A DNA stretch of 64,000 nt from an uncultured cyanobacterium (GCA_963718615.1 OY970368.1:1824001-1888000); one strand, 5' to 3'; numbered from the stretch's first letter, positions 39,656 to 51,068 are shown. Program-made: numbers and translations. The notes: generated from the letters alone by a model not told the origin.

Positions 39656-42454
39656 CTAGGACAACGGGGTGGGTGAGGAGGTGTCTAAAGGGTCTCCTAG
39701 GGTTTCATTCTCTCCGGTGACCAGCGGATTGACAATCTCGCGGATGGGGGGGCGATCGACCAGTTGAGTGGCCCGCAGAGCATTTTTCTTGACCTCGGGA
39801 TCCAAATGGGGAACGTGGGGGATCTGGGAGAGAAAATCAAGGGTACGGCGCAGAATCCGAACCACATCGCCTTCATCCAGACTGGTGCTATCGCAAACAT
39901 TGCTCCAGGAGGCCCGCAAGCCCCAGTGTTCCACCAACCCGGTCAACTCCAGTTCTAGCCACACGGGCAGTTCCACCTGTCGCCGCTGCTGCTGTTGCAA
40001 TAGCCGACGACGCAGCCCCCGTAAGCTTTCCAGTGCATCTTCGACGGGGGCGGACATGGGATAGTCGGTCCAGACATCCGGACGGGAGACCTCGGTGGAG
40101 AGGGCTTCACAGGCGGCGGCAAAATGGTGGGGTTGGAGTCCATCCAGTTCGCCGGAAAACAGTGCGAGTCCCAGCCACAGCTCGTTATCGCCCCGTAGGG
40201 CAGAGACCGCTTCTCCCAGGGGGGTCGGCTGGATGCCCTGGAGACAATCAAAGGCTTGCAAGATTTCGATCAGGGCGAGGAACTGCTCCCAGTGGCGCTG
40301 GGTATAGCGCTCTAGCTTTTGCTGGCGATCGACCAGTTCGGCTTGGAGCGAGTCGAGCTGCCGCTGGCGTTTGAGCAGGGAGCTTTGGTTGCTCCAGCGG
40401 TGGACCGGGTGAGCTTCGAGTTGGGCTTCGACGGCTTGGGTGCGTTCGAGCTGAGCTTGGACTTCTTCCGCTTGGTTGATGGGGTCGAACTGGAGTTCTG
40501 GACGCAGGGCGAGGGTGAGGAGGCGATCGCTCACCTCCGCTGTCGATTCATCCCCTTGGCGGCCTGGACTGGGTCGGGTGGGCAAATCCGGTGGCAATGC
40601 CAAACGATCCACAGCGGTCACCCGAGGAATTTCCCCATGGATCGCGACCACATCGGCAGTGCTGGTCACATACCAGCGGTTATCTAAGCTCATGCAAACC
40701 AGATAGGGCGACTTGCCCGGTCCCGGCAGTTTGCTCACCAGGGCCGCCAAAATCGGCTCCGAAACCGGCACATTTTTCCCTTTCAAGCTCAACACCGTTC
40801 CCGCCACCGCAAAATTGAGCGAGAGCGCCATTTCTTGGGTGACCGTTTCTTCCGCCTGCTGATGCAGAATTTTGAGCAATCGCCGCTCTTCCCGCAGTCG
40901 ACCCCTTAGCTTTTCGTATTCTTGGAGCAGCGGCCAATCCACCTCCGCGAGCTGGGCCTGGAGCTGTTCAACGGTTTGGGCGAGGCGATCGATTTCCGCC
41001 TGTTGGGGTTTGAGCGTTAGCAGCGCCAGATAGCGACCAAAACTGCGCTCAACCAAATTCTGCGCTTCTTCGAGGGTGTGGGTCTGGAGCAGATTGAGCA
41101 CCATGCCGTAGCTGGGCGTAAATTGGCTGACCAAGGCATCGGCTCCCGCCGTCGCCAAATGGGCGGCTTCCTTCACCCCTTCGAACTGGCTTTGGACCGT
41201 GACGACATAGCCGCGATCGTCCATGCCCCGCCGCCCTGCCCGCCCGGCCATTTGCAAAAACTCCGAGGCTGTCAGCAGTCGATGGCCCCGATCGGTTCGT
41301 TTGGACAAACTGGAAATCACCGTGGTGCGCGCTGGCATGTTGATCCCCGCCGCCAGGGTTTCCGTGGCAAACACCACCTTGACCAAACCCAATTGGAAGA
41401 GTTCTTCCACCAATCCTTTCCAGGCCGGTAGTAACCCCGCGTGGTGGGAGGCAATGCCGCGACAAAGGGCTTCCAGTTGTTCTGGACGGGCTAGGCCCGG
41501 ATTGCGGGCTTCAAAGGCAGCCACCCGCTGCTGCAATTCCGCTGCTTCTTCGGGAGTGACCAAGGACATCTGGATGACCTGGGCGATGGCGCGATCGCAT
41601 CCCCGGCGACTAAAAATAAAATAAATCGCAGGCAGCATGTCCTTTTGTTGGAGCTGGCTGACCACAAAGGGCAAACTCGGGCTGTCTGGTTTTTCCTCTT
41701 TGCGTCGTCCCTTGAGTGGACCGCGATAGTTGCCCCGCTGGCGTCCCTTTTGCGATCGCTTAGCTTTGAAATTAGGATGAATCCCCGTCTGTTTTTCATT
41801 CAGCAGCGGAAATAGTCCTGTCGCCGTACAAAAGCCAAATTGCAACGGTACGGGTCGAAAATCCGAATAAATCAAGTCCGTGGGGCCATGGACCTGCCCA
41901 ATCCAGGCGGTGAGTTCGTCACTGTTGGCGATGGTGGCCGACAGGGCCACGAGCTGAATTAACGGCGGACAGTAAATAATCGACTCTTCCCAGACCGTGC
42001 CGCGATCGCGATCGTTCATATAGTGGCACTCATCCAGCACCACCGCTTCCACATCCTGGACCGACGTTCCCACCTGGCCAATGGGCGTGCCATAGAGCAT
42101 ATTGCGGAAAATCTCCGTCGTCATCACCAAAATCGGGGCCTCTCGATTAATCGACAGGTCTCCCGTCAAGAGCCCTACCTGGTCAGTTCCAAACTGTGCC
42201 TGAAAGTCCCGCAGCTTCTGGTTCGATAAGGCCTTGAGGGGCGTCGTATAAAACACCCGTTTGCCCCGTGCCAGCGCTCGATGAATCGCATATTCTCCAA
42301 TCAGCGTTTTACCTGAGCCCGTTGGCGCACAAACCACGACCGATCGCCCAGCATTTAGCGCATCAATCGCCTCGCGCTGAAAATCATCCAACGGAAATGG
42401 AAAGAGGGTTTCAAGATTCAGCGGACTGGAGGGGACAAAATCACTCACTGGCAA
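39656..42454 (-). CDS. Ski2/HelY-like DEAD/DEAH RNA helicase
   Basis: APTGSGKT, DECH, LSAT, QMAGRAGRRG and a DSHCT-like C-terminus. Confidence 0.93.
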   Translation of the reverse strand: MPVSDFVPSSPLNLETLFPFPLDDFQREAIDALNAGRSVVVCAPTGSGKTLIGEYAIHRALARGKRVFYTTPLKALSNQKLRDFQAQFGTDQVGLLTGDLSINREAPILVMTTEIFRNMLYGTPIGQVGTSVQDVEAVVLDECHYMNDRDRGTVWEESIIYCPPLIQLVALSATIANSDELTAWIGQVHGPTDLIYSDFRPVPLQFGFCTATGLFPLLNEKQTGIHPNFKAKRSQKGRQRGNYRGPLKGRRKEEKPDSPSLPFVVSQLQQKDMLPAIYFIFSRRGCDRAIAQVIQMSLVTPEEAAELQQRVAAFEARNPGLARPEQLEALCRGIASHHAGLLPAWKGLVEELFQLGLVKVVFATETLAAGINMPARTTVISSLSKRTDRGHRLLTASEFLQMAGRAGRRGMDDRGYVVTVQSQFEGVKEAAHLATAGADALVSQFTPSYGMVLNLLQTHTLEEAQNLVERSFGRYLALLTLKPQQAEIDRLAQTVEQLQAQLAEVDWPLLQEYEKLRGRLREERRLLKILHQQAEETVTQEMALSLNFAVAGTVLSLKGKNVPVSEPILAALVSKLPGPGKSPYLVCMSLDNRWYVTSTADVVAIHGEIPRVTAVDRLALPPDLPTRPSPGRQGDESTAEVSDRLLTLALRPELQFDPINQAEEVQAQLERTQAVEAQLEAHPVHRWSNQSSLLKRQRQLDSLQAELVDRQQKLERYTQRHWEQFLALIEILQAFDCLQGIQPTPLGEAVSALRGDNELWLGLALFSGELDGLQPHHFAAACEALSTEVSRPDVWTDYPMSAPVEDALESLRGLRRRLLQQQQRRQVELPVWLELELTGLVEHWGLRASWSNVCDSTSLDEGDVVRILRRTLDFLSQIPHVPHLDPEVKKNALRATQLVDRPPIREIVNPLVTGENETLGDPLDTSSPTPLS

Positions 42455-42662
42455 GCTCAGATTTGGCGGTGAATATCAAATTCTAAGCGATTCTCCGGAG
42501 CTTGGCGAAGCCAATCCACCCTGCAATCTTGGGAAAAATCTAAATATTTCTTGCCCTAGGGAAAAGTCAGAAAAGTAAGATCTTTGTCGCCTTGAGCGTG
42601 AGGCCCTAGGGTCTAGGGGGAACTCTAGAGAGCAAACCGACCAGCGTTTCTTTTGTCTTCTC

Positions 42663-44588
42663 ATGCATAGTCAGACGTCTTCGCATGATGTCAGCACCAT
42701 TTTGGTCGTTGATGATACCGCCGAAAACCTGCGCCTGTTGTCTGATGTGCTCACACAGAGAAATTACAGAATTCGCTGTGCTAAAAGTGGGGCGTTAGCA
42801 TTGAGGGGCATTCAGGTTGCTCCGCCGGATTTAATTTTACTTGATATCAATATGCCCGATATGTCGGGCTATGACGTTTGCATTCAGCTCAAGACCGACC
42901 CCACTACCGCCGATATTCCCGTTATTTTTTTGAGTGCCTTTGATGATGTTTTGGATAAAGTCAAAGCCTTTGACGTGGGTGGTGCAGACTATGTCACGAA
43001 GCCGTTTCATGTTGAAGAATTAGTGGTCCGGATCAAGCATCAGCTCAGTCTCCAGGCTGCTAAACAGGAAATCACCCGGCTCAATGCGCTCCTCGAACAG
43101 CGGGTCCAGCAGCGCACCTGCGAGCTGGAGGCCACCAATGCTACGCTCACCCGTGAAATTTCCGAGCGTCAAAAAATTGAGGATAAGCTGCTCTACGATG
43201 CGCTCCACGACAGTTTGACCCAGTTGCCCAACCGGGTGTTGTTTATGGAGCGGGTCAAGAATGCCCTCAGCCGCACCCGACGCAATCCCGCCTATAAGTT
43301 TGCGGTTCTGTTTATCGATCTCGATCGCTTCAAAATTGTCAATGACAGTCTGGGCCATGCCGTGGGGGATCAGCTCTTGATTGCGATCGCCCGCCAGCTA
43401 GAGGGCTGCCTGCGTGAGGCCGATACGGTGGCTAGGCTCGGAGGTGACGAATTTACAGTCCTGCTGGAATCCATCGATGATCTGGAGGATGCGATCGAGA
43501 TCGCTGAACGGATTCAGGCAGCGATCAAATCTCACTTTTGCCTGGAAGGTCACCGGATTTTTACCAGCGCGAGCATTGGCATTGCCGTCGGGTCTGCCCA
43601 GTACGAAAAAATGGAGGATATTCTGCGGGACGCGGATATTGCCATGTATCGGGCCAAGGAGATGGGGCGCTCTTGCTATGCCATCTTTGACCAAAATATG
43701 TACTACCAAACCCTGCGGCTGCTGCATTTGGAGAGCGATTTGCGTCAGGCCCTGGAGCGCAATGAGTTTCTGCTCCATTACCAGCCCATTATTTCGCTGA
43801 TTACCGGCAAACTCTCGGGGTTTGAGGCGCTAGTGCGCTGGGAGCATCCCAAGCAGGGGTTTGTTTCTCCGGGTGAATTTATCCCCATGGCGGAGGATAC
43901 CGGCCTGATTGTTCCCTTGGGGGAATGGGTCTTGCGGGAAGCCTGTCGTCAAATGCAGGCATGGCAAAGCCAATATCCGGAGGCCCAAGAACTACGCATC
44001 AGCGTCAACCTAGCCGGAAAGCAGCTCCAGGAGCCCGATCTGATCGATAAAATTGATGCAATTTTGGCCCAGACCCAGCTCGATGGTCAGTCGCTTCGCC
44101 TAGAACTCACCGAAAGCATGCTGATGGAACGGACGGAGGAAATTATCGCAATTTTGCAGCAGATTCGCGATCGCCAAATCCAGCTCAGCATCGACGACTT
44201 TGGCACGGGCTACTCGTCTTTGAGCTATCTGCATCGCTTTCCCGTGACGACGCTCAAGATCGATCGCACGTTTGTTAGCAATATGAGCTCTGATGCAGAA
44301 AATTTTGAGATTGTCCGGACGGTAATCACTCTGGCCCATACCCTTTCCATGGAAGTCGTTGCGGAAGGGGTTGAAACCATCGAGCAATCCACTCAGCTCA
44401 AGGGTTTAGGCTGCGAGCTTAGCCAAGGCTATTTGTTTTCAAAACCCCTAGACCGTCGTGCCGCCGAGAATCTGCTGCGATCTCAGCCCCTGTGGTCCAC
44501 AATGGAATCCCCCGCCCAACGCGATCGCCTGACGGGGGGATGTGAAGAATCCAATCAATCTGCTGATTTGTTTAGCTGTCCGAGCTAA
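42663..44588 (+). CDS. Receiver-GGDEF-EAL c-di-GMP signalling protein
   Basis: Receiver domain, RLGGDEF, FEAL and DDFGTGYSSL. Confidence 0.95.
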   Translation: MHSQTSSHDVSTILVVDDTAENLRLLSDVLTQRNYRIRCAKSGALALRGIQVAPPDLILLDINMPDMSGYDVCIQLKTDPTTADIPVIFLSAFDDVLDKVKAFDVGGADYVTKPFHVEELVVRIKHQLSLQAAKQEITRLNALLEQRVQQRTCELEATNATLTREISERQKIEDKLLYDALHDSLTQLPNRVLFMERVKNALSRTRRNPAYKFAVLFIDLDRFKIVNDSLGHAVGDQLLIAIARQLEGCLREADTVARLGGDEFTVLLESIDDLEDAIEIAERIQAAIKSHFCLEGHRIFTSASIGIAVGSAQYEKMEDILRDADIAMYRAKEMGRSCYAIFDQNMYYQTLRLLHLESDLRQALERNEFLLHYQPIISLITGKLSGFEALVRWEHPKQGFVSPGEFIPMAEDTGLIVPLGEWVLREACRQMQAWQSQYPEAQELRISVNLAGKQLQEPDLIDKIDAILAQTQLDGQSLRLELTESMLMERTEEIIAILQQIRDRQIQLSIDDFGTGYSSLSYLHRFPVTTLKIDRTFVSNMSSDAENFEIVRTVITLAHTLSMEVVAEGVETIEQSTQLKGLGCELSQGYLFSKPLDRRAAENLLRSQPLWSTMESPAQRDRLTGGCEESNQSADLFSCPS

Positions 44589-44627
44589 ACTCAGAGCAAG
44601 CAATTCATCGGAACGCAATCCTCAGGA

Positions 44628-45539
44628 CTAGGAAGCCCCTACCAGACTGAGGACCGGCAGATCCAGAATCCCAGCAGCAGTCTCAACATTGCGAAGCTCT
44701 AAGCCTTTGCAAGTTCGCTTGATCAGACCCGTTAAGACGGACCCTGGCCCGATTTCGATCACCTGCTCAATGCCCAATTCCGGCAGTTGTAGGGAGGTTT
44801 CTCGCCAGCGAACCGAACCCGTCATTTGGCAGGCTAATCTCGCCTTCAGCAAATCTGCGTCGGTGGTTGCGATCGGCTCGACGTTGGAAAGAATCGGGAC
44901 TTGAGCGTCTTGAAAAACCACTTGGTCCAAAATGACTTCGTAGGCAGCCGCAGCCTTGGCCATCAAGGGCGAGTGGAATGCGCCGGAAACTTTCAGCGGC
45001 ACCGCACGACGGCTTTTGATCGTGGTCATCACCTGAGTGACCGCCTCCGCTGTGCCGGAAATCACCGCTTGGCCAGGATTATTGTCGTTGGCCAGGACGA
45101 CGCCGGGAGTCTGGGCGATCGCCCCCAGCAATTCCTCCCGGTCAAATCCCATCAGTGCCGCCATCATGCCATCCGAAGCCTGGGCCATCAACGCCGAGCG
45201 CTGCTTCACCAGCTCCAGTCCCGCCGCAAAGTCAAACACCTCAGCGGCATAGAGCGCCACATATTCACCCAGACTGTGTCCGGCCATTGCCGCCGCCCGG
45301 TGTCCCTGGGCCTTCATCAAATCCGCCAAAATGCTCTCCACTACGTAGAGGCAAGGTTGCGTATATTGGGTTTGCGACAGTTGCTCCAAATCCCCCTGGC
45401 ACAGGTCCAGCACAGACCAACCCAGAATTTCCTCGGCCTGGGCAAATTTTTCCTGAGCGGTAGACTGTTCCATCAAGTCCGCCGTCATTCCAATCGCTTG
45501 AGACCCTTGACCGGGAAACACCCATGCGGTTTTCTTCAT
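44628..45539 (-). CDS. fabD: Malonyl-CoA:ACP transacylase
   Basis: FPGQGSQ, GHSLGE and SGAFHS. Confidence 0.97.
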   Translation of the reverse strand: MKKTAWVFPGQGSQAIGMTADLMEQSTAQEKFAQAEEILGWSVLDLCQGDLEQLSQTQYTQPCLYVVESILADLMKAQGHRAAAMAGHSLGEYVALYAAEVFDFAAGLELVKQRSALMAQASDGMMAALMGFDREELLGAIAQTPGVVLANDNNPGQAVISGTAEAVTQVMTTIKSRRAVPLKVSGAFHSPLMAKAAAAYEVILDQVVFQDAQVPILSNVEPIATTDADLLKARLACQMTGSVRWRETSLQLPELGIEQVIEIGPGSVLTGLIKRTCKGLELRNVETAAGILDLPVLSLVGAS

Positions 45540-45588
45540 GCGTTCATCCTCATCACGTCTTCAAATTCAATGCAAACTTTAACGCAAA

Positions 45589-46593
45589 CTAGCTAGCACG
45601 ACCCCAGCGAAAGATCGCCGCGCCCCAGGTTAGACCCGCGCCAAACCCAGACGAAGCAATCACATCACCGGACTGAACCCGACCGGCTCGCACCGCTTCA
45701 TCCAACGCCAAGGGAATCGAGGCGGCGGATGTATTGCCATAGTGGGCAAGGTTGCTGAGCACTTTTTCGTCGGGAATCTTGAGGCGCTCAGCAACGGCAT
45801 CAATGATGCGTTGGTTGGCCTGATGCAAAAGCAACCAGTCCACCTGATCTGCCGTTAGCTCGGCGCGAAATAAAGCTTTTTCGATCACTTCGGGAACCCG
45901 CTTGACCGCAAAGCGGTAAACCTCCCGGCCATTCATCTGAATTGGAGCATAGGTACCTTGGCCCACAATCACACGGGGATGAATCGCTCGGGGTTGCGGC
46001 TGATAGGCCAATGTCAAACAGTCATTCATGCTGCCATCACTGCACAGCTCAAACCCCAAGAAATGATCCACCGCATTGGCCTGGAGAACCACCGCTCCGG
46101 CCCCATCGCCAAACAGCACACAGGTACTGCGATCGCCCCAATCCGTCCAGCGGGAGAGCACATCCGCGCCAATCACCAGAACATTGCGATAAACCCCAGT
46201 CCGAATAAACTGAGCCGCCGTGATCAGTCCCACCAAAAAACCCGAGCAGGCCGCCGTGATATCAAAGGCCACGGACCGCACTGCTCCAAGTTGCGCCTGC
46301 ACTTGAGCCGCACTACCAAACAAATCATCTGGGGTTGAAGTGGCCAGCAAAACCAAATCGAGCTGATGGGCTTCCACACCGGCAGATTCTAGCGCCCGCT
46401 GTCCGGCCTGGGCCGCTAACTGAGCCAGACTCAAATCCGGTGAGGCCAGCCGTCGCGCACCGATGCCCGTACGGCCTCGAATCCATTCATCGGAAGTCTC
46501 AACGACTTCACTGAGATCGTTGTTAGTCAGGATTGGAGCAGGGGAAGCAGATCCACTTCCGATCAGGGCGACTCCAGCAGCTTCGGCTCTCAA
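45589..46593 (-). CDS. fabH: 3-oxoacyl-ACP synthase III
   Basis: AACSGF, HQAN, GNTSAASIP and GAGLTWG. Confidence 0.97.
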   Translation of the reverse strand: MRAEAAGVALIGSGSASPAPILTNNDLSEVVETSDEWIRGRTGIGARRLASPDLSLAQLAAQAGQRALESAGVEAHQLDLVLLATSTPDDLFGSAAQVQAQLGAVRSVAFDITAACSGFLVGLITAAQFIRTGVYRNVLVIGADVLSRWTDWGDRSTCVLFGDGAGAVVLQANAVDHFLGFELCSDGSMNDCLTLAYQPQPRAIHPRVIVGQGTYAPIQMNGREVYRFAVKRVPEVIEKALFRAELTADQVDWLLLHQANQRIIDAVAERLKIPDEKVLSNLAHYGNTSAASIPLALDEAVRAGRVQSGDVIASSGFGAGLTWGAAIFRWGRAS

Positions 46594-46681
46594 GTGATTT
46601 CTCCACTAAGCAGGGGGTAACCAGGAAGACCCGGCGACAGGTCTGAGGACATCCTAAGGCTTTTGCGATCCTAGCGGATGA

Positions 46682-47743
46682 TCAGCTTAGGGCTGATTCC
46701 GGTTCTCCTGCCTTGACCCGTTCGGGCACAGGGGCCTTTGATTCCTGGATGGGCAGCGCCAACCGTTCCAAGACCTGATTGTCCACCGCTTCTGTAGCCA
46801 AGCGAATCGCATTGGCAATGGAAGGCGCACGGGAGCTGCCATGGCTAATAATACAAACTCCTGCTACCCCCAAGAGCAATCCACCCCCATGTTCAGCATG
46901 GTCAATGCGCTGTTTGACCCGCTTGAGGTTCGGACTGAGCAGCGCCAAACCGGCCTTCCCGTGGAGTCCACGGGGGAGTTCTTCCTTGAGAATCCCCAGC
47001 AAAACCTCGCCGATCGCCTCTGCAAACTTCAGCAGAACATTGCCCGCAAAGCCATCGCAGACCACGACGTCAAAATTGCCCGAAAGTACATCCCGTCCCT
47101 CGGCATTGCCGACAAAATTAAGTCGGAGATTATTTTTCAAAAGCTGATGGGTGCGTAGGGCCAGATCGTTGCCCTTGCAATCCTCTTCGCCAATATTGAG
47201 CAAGCCCACCTGGGGCTTCTCGACCCCCAGCACACATTCGCTGTAGGCCGAACCCATGACGGCGAATTGCTCTAGGAATGTGGGGCGGCAATCCACATTC
47301 GCGCCAACATCTAGGACCAAAACCTGCTTACCCGCTAGCACCGTGGGTAAGACTGCTCCGATCGCCGGACGTTCGACCCCAGGCAAGCGGCCCAAGCGCA
47401 GCAATGCCGAAGCCATCACTGCGCCAGAATGACCCGCTGAGACCACGGCATCGGCCTCGCCCCCCTTAACCAAATTCATGGCCACATTAATGGAGGCCTT
47501 TGGCTTGCGCCGTAGCCCTCGCATGGGATCCTCATCCATGCCGATTGCTTCCTCAGCAGGAATAACGGTTACCCCTGGAGGAAGTTCACCTTTGGCAGCA
47601 GCCCGGATTCGCTCAGGGTCTCCCACCAGCAAAATATCGATATCTAGCTCTTGCTGTGCCTTTAATGCTCCAGCAACAACCTCATCGGGGGCATAGTCGC
47701 CTCCCATGGCGTCGACTGCGATTCGCGCTCGATTTGAACCCAT
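46682..47743 (-). CDS. plsX: Phosphate acyltransferase
   Basis: VDAMGGDYAP, LDVGAN and VCDGF.GN; heads the plsX-fabH-fabD operon. Confidence 0.97.
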   Translation of the reverse strand: MGSNRARIAVDAMGGDYAPDEVVAGALKAQQELDIDILLVGDPERIRAAAKGELPPGVTVIPAEEAIGMDEDPMRGLRRKPKASINVAMNLVKGGEADAVVSAGHSGAVMASALLRLGRLPGVERPAIGAVLPTVLAGKQVLVLDVGANVDCRPTFLEQFAVMGSAYSECVLGVEKPQVGLLNIGEEDCKGNDLALRTHQLLKNNLRLNFVGNAEGRDVLSGNFDVVVCDGFAGNVLLKFAEAIGEVLLGILKEELPRGLHGKAGLALLSPNLKRVKQRIDHAEHGGGLLLGVAGVCIISHGSSRAPSIANAIRLATEAVDNQVLERLALPIQESKAPVPERVKAGEPESALS

Positions 47744-47878
47744 CGGCTAATGCTGTAGAAACCTTCAAGATTCTATCAGAAGGGTTTCCGACCGCGACGT
47801 TTTCTTGGGCGGAGACGGAAGAATCCCGTGAGATCCCCTAGAGGTCTTTCTATTAATCTCCGCCTTTCAGGCCCAGTT

Positions 47879-48613
47879 TCAGCGTAAATCCTCACCGGGT
47901 TCGACGATGCGCTGGAAGAGATAGCCCGTCCCCCGCGCGGTCAGGATCAGTTCCGGATTGCTAGGGTCATCCTCTAGCTTGGCCCGCAGACGAGAGATAT
48001 GGACATCCACAACGCGGGTATCGACGTGACGCTCAGGGGTGTAGCCCCACACTTCCTGCAAGATCTCAGCGCGGGAAAAGGCCTCGCCAGAGCGGCCCAC
48101 CAGCAGCTCCAACAAGCTAAACTCCATACCGGTCAGCCGGATCCGTTCGTCTCCCTTGTAGACTTGTCGCTTGTTGGTATCGATCCGGAGGTTATTGACC
48201 TGGATCACACCGGAACTAGGGATTCCAGAGGTGCTGTGCTTTTCTACCCGGCGTAGGACCGAGCGAATTCTGGCTTCTAGCTCCTTGGGCGAAAAGGGTT
48301 TGACGACATAGTCATCGGCACCGAGCTCTAGACCCGTGATGCGATCGGCCACATCTCCCAACGCGGTCAGCATAATGATGGGAATATCTGACTCCTTGCG
48401 CAGCTCCTGACAAACGCCATAGCCATCGAGCTTGGGCATCATCACGTCTAGAACCACGAGATCAGGTGCTTCGGAGCGAAAGGTCTCCAAGGCCTCCTCT
48501 CCATCCGCTGCGGTGACCACGTCATAGCCAATCATGGATAGACGAGTCTCCAAAATGCGACGGATGCTGGCTTCGTCGTCCACAACCAGAATTCGTTCCT
48601 TATGGCTTTCCAA
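47879..48613 (-). CDS. rpaB: OmpR-family response regulator RpaB
   Basis: HKERILVVDDEASIRRILETRLSMIGY and GYTPERHVDTRVVDVHISRLR; probable TTG start at 48613. Confidence 0.93.
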   Translation of the reverse strand: MESHKERILVVDDEASIRRILETRLSMIGYDVVTAADGEEALETFRSEAPDLVVLDVMMPKLDGYGVCQELRKESDIPIIMLTALGDVADRITGLELGADDYVVKPFSPKELEARIRSVLRRVEKHSTSGIPSSGVIQVNNLRIDTNKRQVYKGDERIRLTGMEFSLLELLVGRSGEAFSRAEILQEVWGYTPERHVDTRVVDVHISRLRAKLEDDPSNPELILTARGTGYLFQRIVEPGEDLR

Positions 48614-48952
48614 AGTGCAAGCCTCCCCTATATCGATTCTTCGTAGCGCTTGTTTCGCATGACCCCACCGATGCCCCAATTTCCTTTCAAGATGTTCTGT
48701 TAAGAAACCCCAAAAGTGGTTGCTTCACCGTGCCTTTCTTTTGCTCAATTGATCAAGCTTTATGATTAAAAATCATAGCCCAATTAAAAGCTAAATGTAG
48801 CGATGAAAAGTCCCATGGCGCTAGATTTCAGCCTTTCTTAAGTTTTAATCAAACTTAACAAACTGTTGCCAAATTGATCAAAAAAATTGCCATCCTAGGC
48901 ATATAGAGATGAGCGCAACTGCCGTTTTGGAGGCGAAACAAAAGTCAAGCTT

Positions 48953-50371
48953 ATGGCAAAAAAGCAAAGTGAATACGTTTGCAACGCTTGTGGCGCGCGA
49001 ACGCGGCAGCTTTTTGGGCGCTGTCCGGAGTGTCAGGCTTGGAACACAATGCAAGAACAGGTTGTCGCGGTCGTTTCGTCAACCCCCACTGGGGCAAGCC
49101 TTGGGCGTCAGCGTTCGGTGGCTCCCCCGGAACCGCGACGTCCCCGCCAATCGTTGCAGTTGGTTGAAATTTCGGATTTTTCCCAAGCGCGGATTTCTTC
49201 CGGTTACAGCGAATTTGATCGGGTTTTGGGCGGCGGGATTGTGCCGGGCTCCCTGGTGCTCCTGGGTGGGGATCCGGGTATTGGTAAATCGACGCTATTG
49301 CTCAAAACCGCGATGCAGTTGGCGGATCGGCAGGCTGTGCTCTACGTCGCGGCGGAGGAGTCGGGTCAGCAGGTGAAACTGCGCTGGCAGCGGCTGGGAG
49401 GGCAAGTGCCGCTCAAATCTGAAGGAGAGGCTCAGTCGGGGCTTTATTTGTTGCCTGAAACGGATTTGGAGACAATCCTGGCGGAGCTGGAGTCCCTGCG
49501 ACCTCGGGTGGCGGTGATTGATAGTATCCAGGCGCTGTATTACGCGGCGTTGAACTCGGCTCCGGGATCGGTTTCCCAGGTGCGGGAATGTACATCGGCG
49601 CTGATGCGGTTGGCGAAACAGCGGGAGATTGCGCTGCTGATTGTGGGCCATGTGACGAAGGATGGGGCGATCGCCGGTCCCAAGGTCCTGGAACATTTAG
49701 TTGATACGGTGTTGCAGTTTGAGGGCGATCGCTTCGCCAGCCACCGATTACTTCGGGCGATGAAAAATCGCTTTGGGGCGACCCATGAGTTGGGGGTGTT
49801 TGAGATGGTGTCGGAGGGGTTGGCGGAGGTGATGAATCCTTCGGCGTTGTTTATGGGCGATCGCCAGGACATCGCCCCCGGTACGGCTACGATTGTCGCT
49901 TGCGAAGGCACAAGACCCCTAGTTGTGGAGCTGCAAGCCCTGGTGAGTCCTACCAGCTATCCTTCGCCCCGACGATCGGTGACGGGGCTGGAGTTTAACC
50001 GGCTGACCCAAATTTTGGCGGTGTTGGAAAAGCGGGTGGGGCTGCCGCTATCGAAGTTTGATGCCTATGTGGCTTCGGTGGGGGGGCTGAATGTGGGGGA
50101 ACCGGCGGCGGATTTGGGGGTGGCGATGGCAATTGTGGCGAGTTTTCGCGATCGCATTGTCAATCCCGATTTGGTTCTGCTGGGAGAAGTGGGTTTGGGG
50201 GGCCAAGTTCGACCGGTTTCCCAAATTGAGCTGCGGCTGAAGGAGGCGGCGAAGCTAGGCTTTACAACGGCGATTGTTCCCAAAGGGCAGGATCTTCAAG
50301 GCACAGGGCTGGAGACGATTCCGGTCAGTCGATTAGTGGATGCGATCGGGTTGTGCTTGACGGTGCCTTAG
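48953..50371 (+). CDS. radA: DNA repair protein RadA/Sms
   Basis: C4 zinc finger, GGDPGIGKST, KNRFG and Lon-like C-terminus. Confidence 0.97.
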   Translation: MAKKQSEYVCNACGARTRQLFGRCPECQAWNTMQEQVVAVVSSTPTGASLGRQRSVAPPEPRRPRQSLQLVEISDFSQARISSGYSEFDRVLGGGIVPGSLVLLGGDPGIGKSTLLLKTAMQLADRQAVLYVAAEESGQQVKLRWQRLGGQVPLKSEGEAQSGLYLLPETDLETILAELESLRPRVAVIDSIQALYYAALNSAPGSVSQVRECTSALMRLAKQREIALLIVGHVTKDGAIAGPKVLEHLVDTVLQFEGDRFASHRLLRAMKNRFGATHELGVFEMVSEGLAEVMNPSALFMGDRQDIAPGTATIVACEGTRPLVVELQALVSPTSYPSPRRSVTGLEFNRLTQILAVLEKRVGLPLSKFDAYVASVGGLNVGEPAADLGVAMAIVASFRDRIVNPDLVLLGEVGLGGQVRPVSQIELRLKEAAKLGFTTAIVPKGQDLQGTGLETIPVSRLVDAIGLCLTVP

Positions 50372-50928
50372 GGTCCATCAACCCCACGATACAAGTCGGC
50401 GATCGCCATTTCTAAACCAATGCTTTCAAGGGTGAGGCGATCGCCCGGTCCATAGACACAAGTCTCCCAAGCGTTACCTTCTGTGCGACGACGGCATTCG
50501 ACCTGCTGGCGTTCTTGCTCGATGAGAACGTACTCTTCAAGGGAATCCAGCCGTTGATAGTCCTGAAATTTTTCGCCTCGGTCAAAGGCCTGGGTGCTGG
50601 GGGAGAGAACTTCGACGATCAGTTTGGGGTGGCGTTTGATGTAGCGATCGGTGCGATCGCGTGGGTCGCAGGTGACGAAAGCGTCGGGGTAGTAATAAAA
50701 CTCATCTTGATAACTAACCCTAACGCCTCCAGCATAGAAACGGCAGTTTGTCGTTTCTCCCAGGTGCTCGTCAACAGCCTTGAGCAAGTTGAAGGCGATG
50801 CGATCGTGATTGTCTGTCCCCCCGGCCATAGCATAGACGAGGCCGCGCCGATACTCGTGTCGGGTGGGGCTTTGGCGTTCGAGGGTGAGATAGTCTTTTG
50901 GACTGATGAAGTGGGGGACGGCAATCAT
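50368..50928 (-). CDS. Uma2-family endonuclease
   Basis: HEY..G.VYAMAGG, YYPD and IVEVLSPST..FDRGEKF. Confidence 0.92.
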   Translation of the reverse strand: MIAVPHFISPKDYLTLERQSPTRHEYRRGLVYAMAGGTDNHDRIAFNLLKAVDEHLGETTNCRFYAGGVRVSYQDEFYYYPDAFVTCDPRDRTDRYIKRHPKLIVEVLSPSTQAFDRGEKFQDYQRLDSLEEYVLIEQERQQVECRRRTEGNAWETCVYGPGDRLTLESIGLEMAIADLYRGVDGP

Positions 50929-51068
50929 GGGTTCGCGCTGGGGATATGAATACCATGGGGGTCATCAATACCATAATAGGCATGATGCGAAGGCGGTGAT
51001 GAAGCTGCGGCGATCGCGAGAATCGCCCAGGGCTAGAGACAAAAATCAGTCAAACCGGCATTGGATCC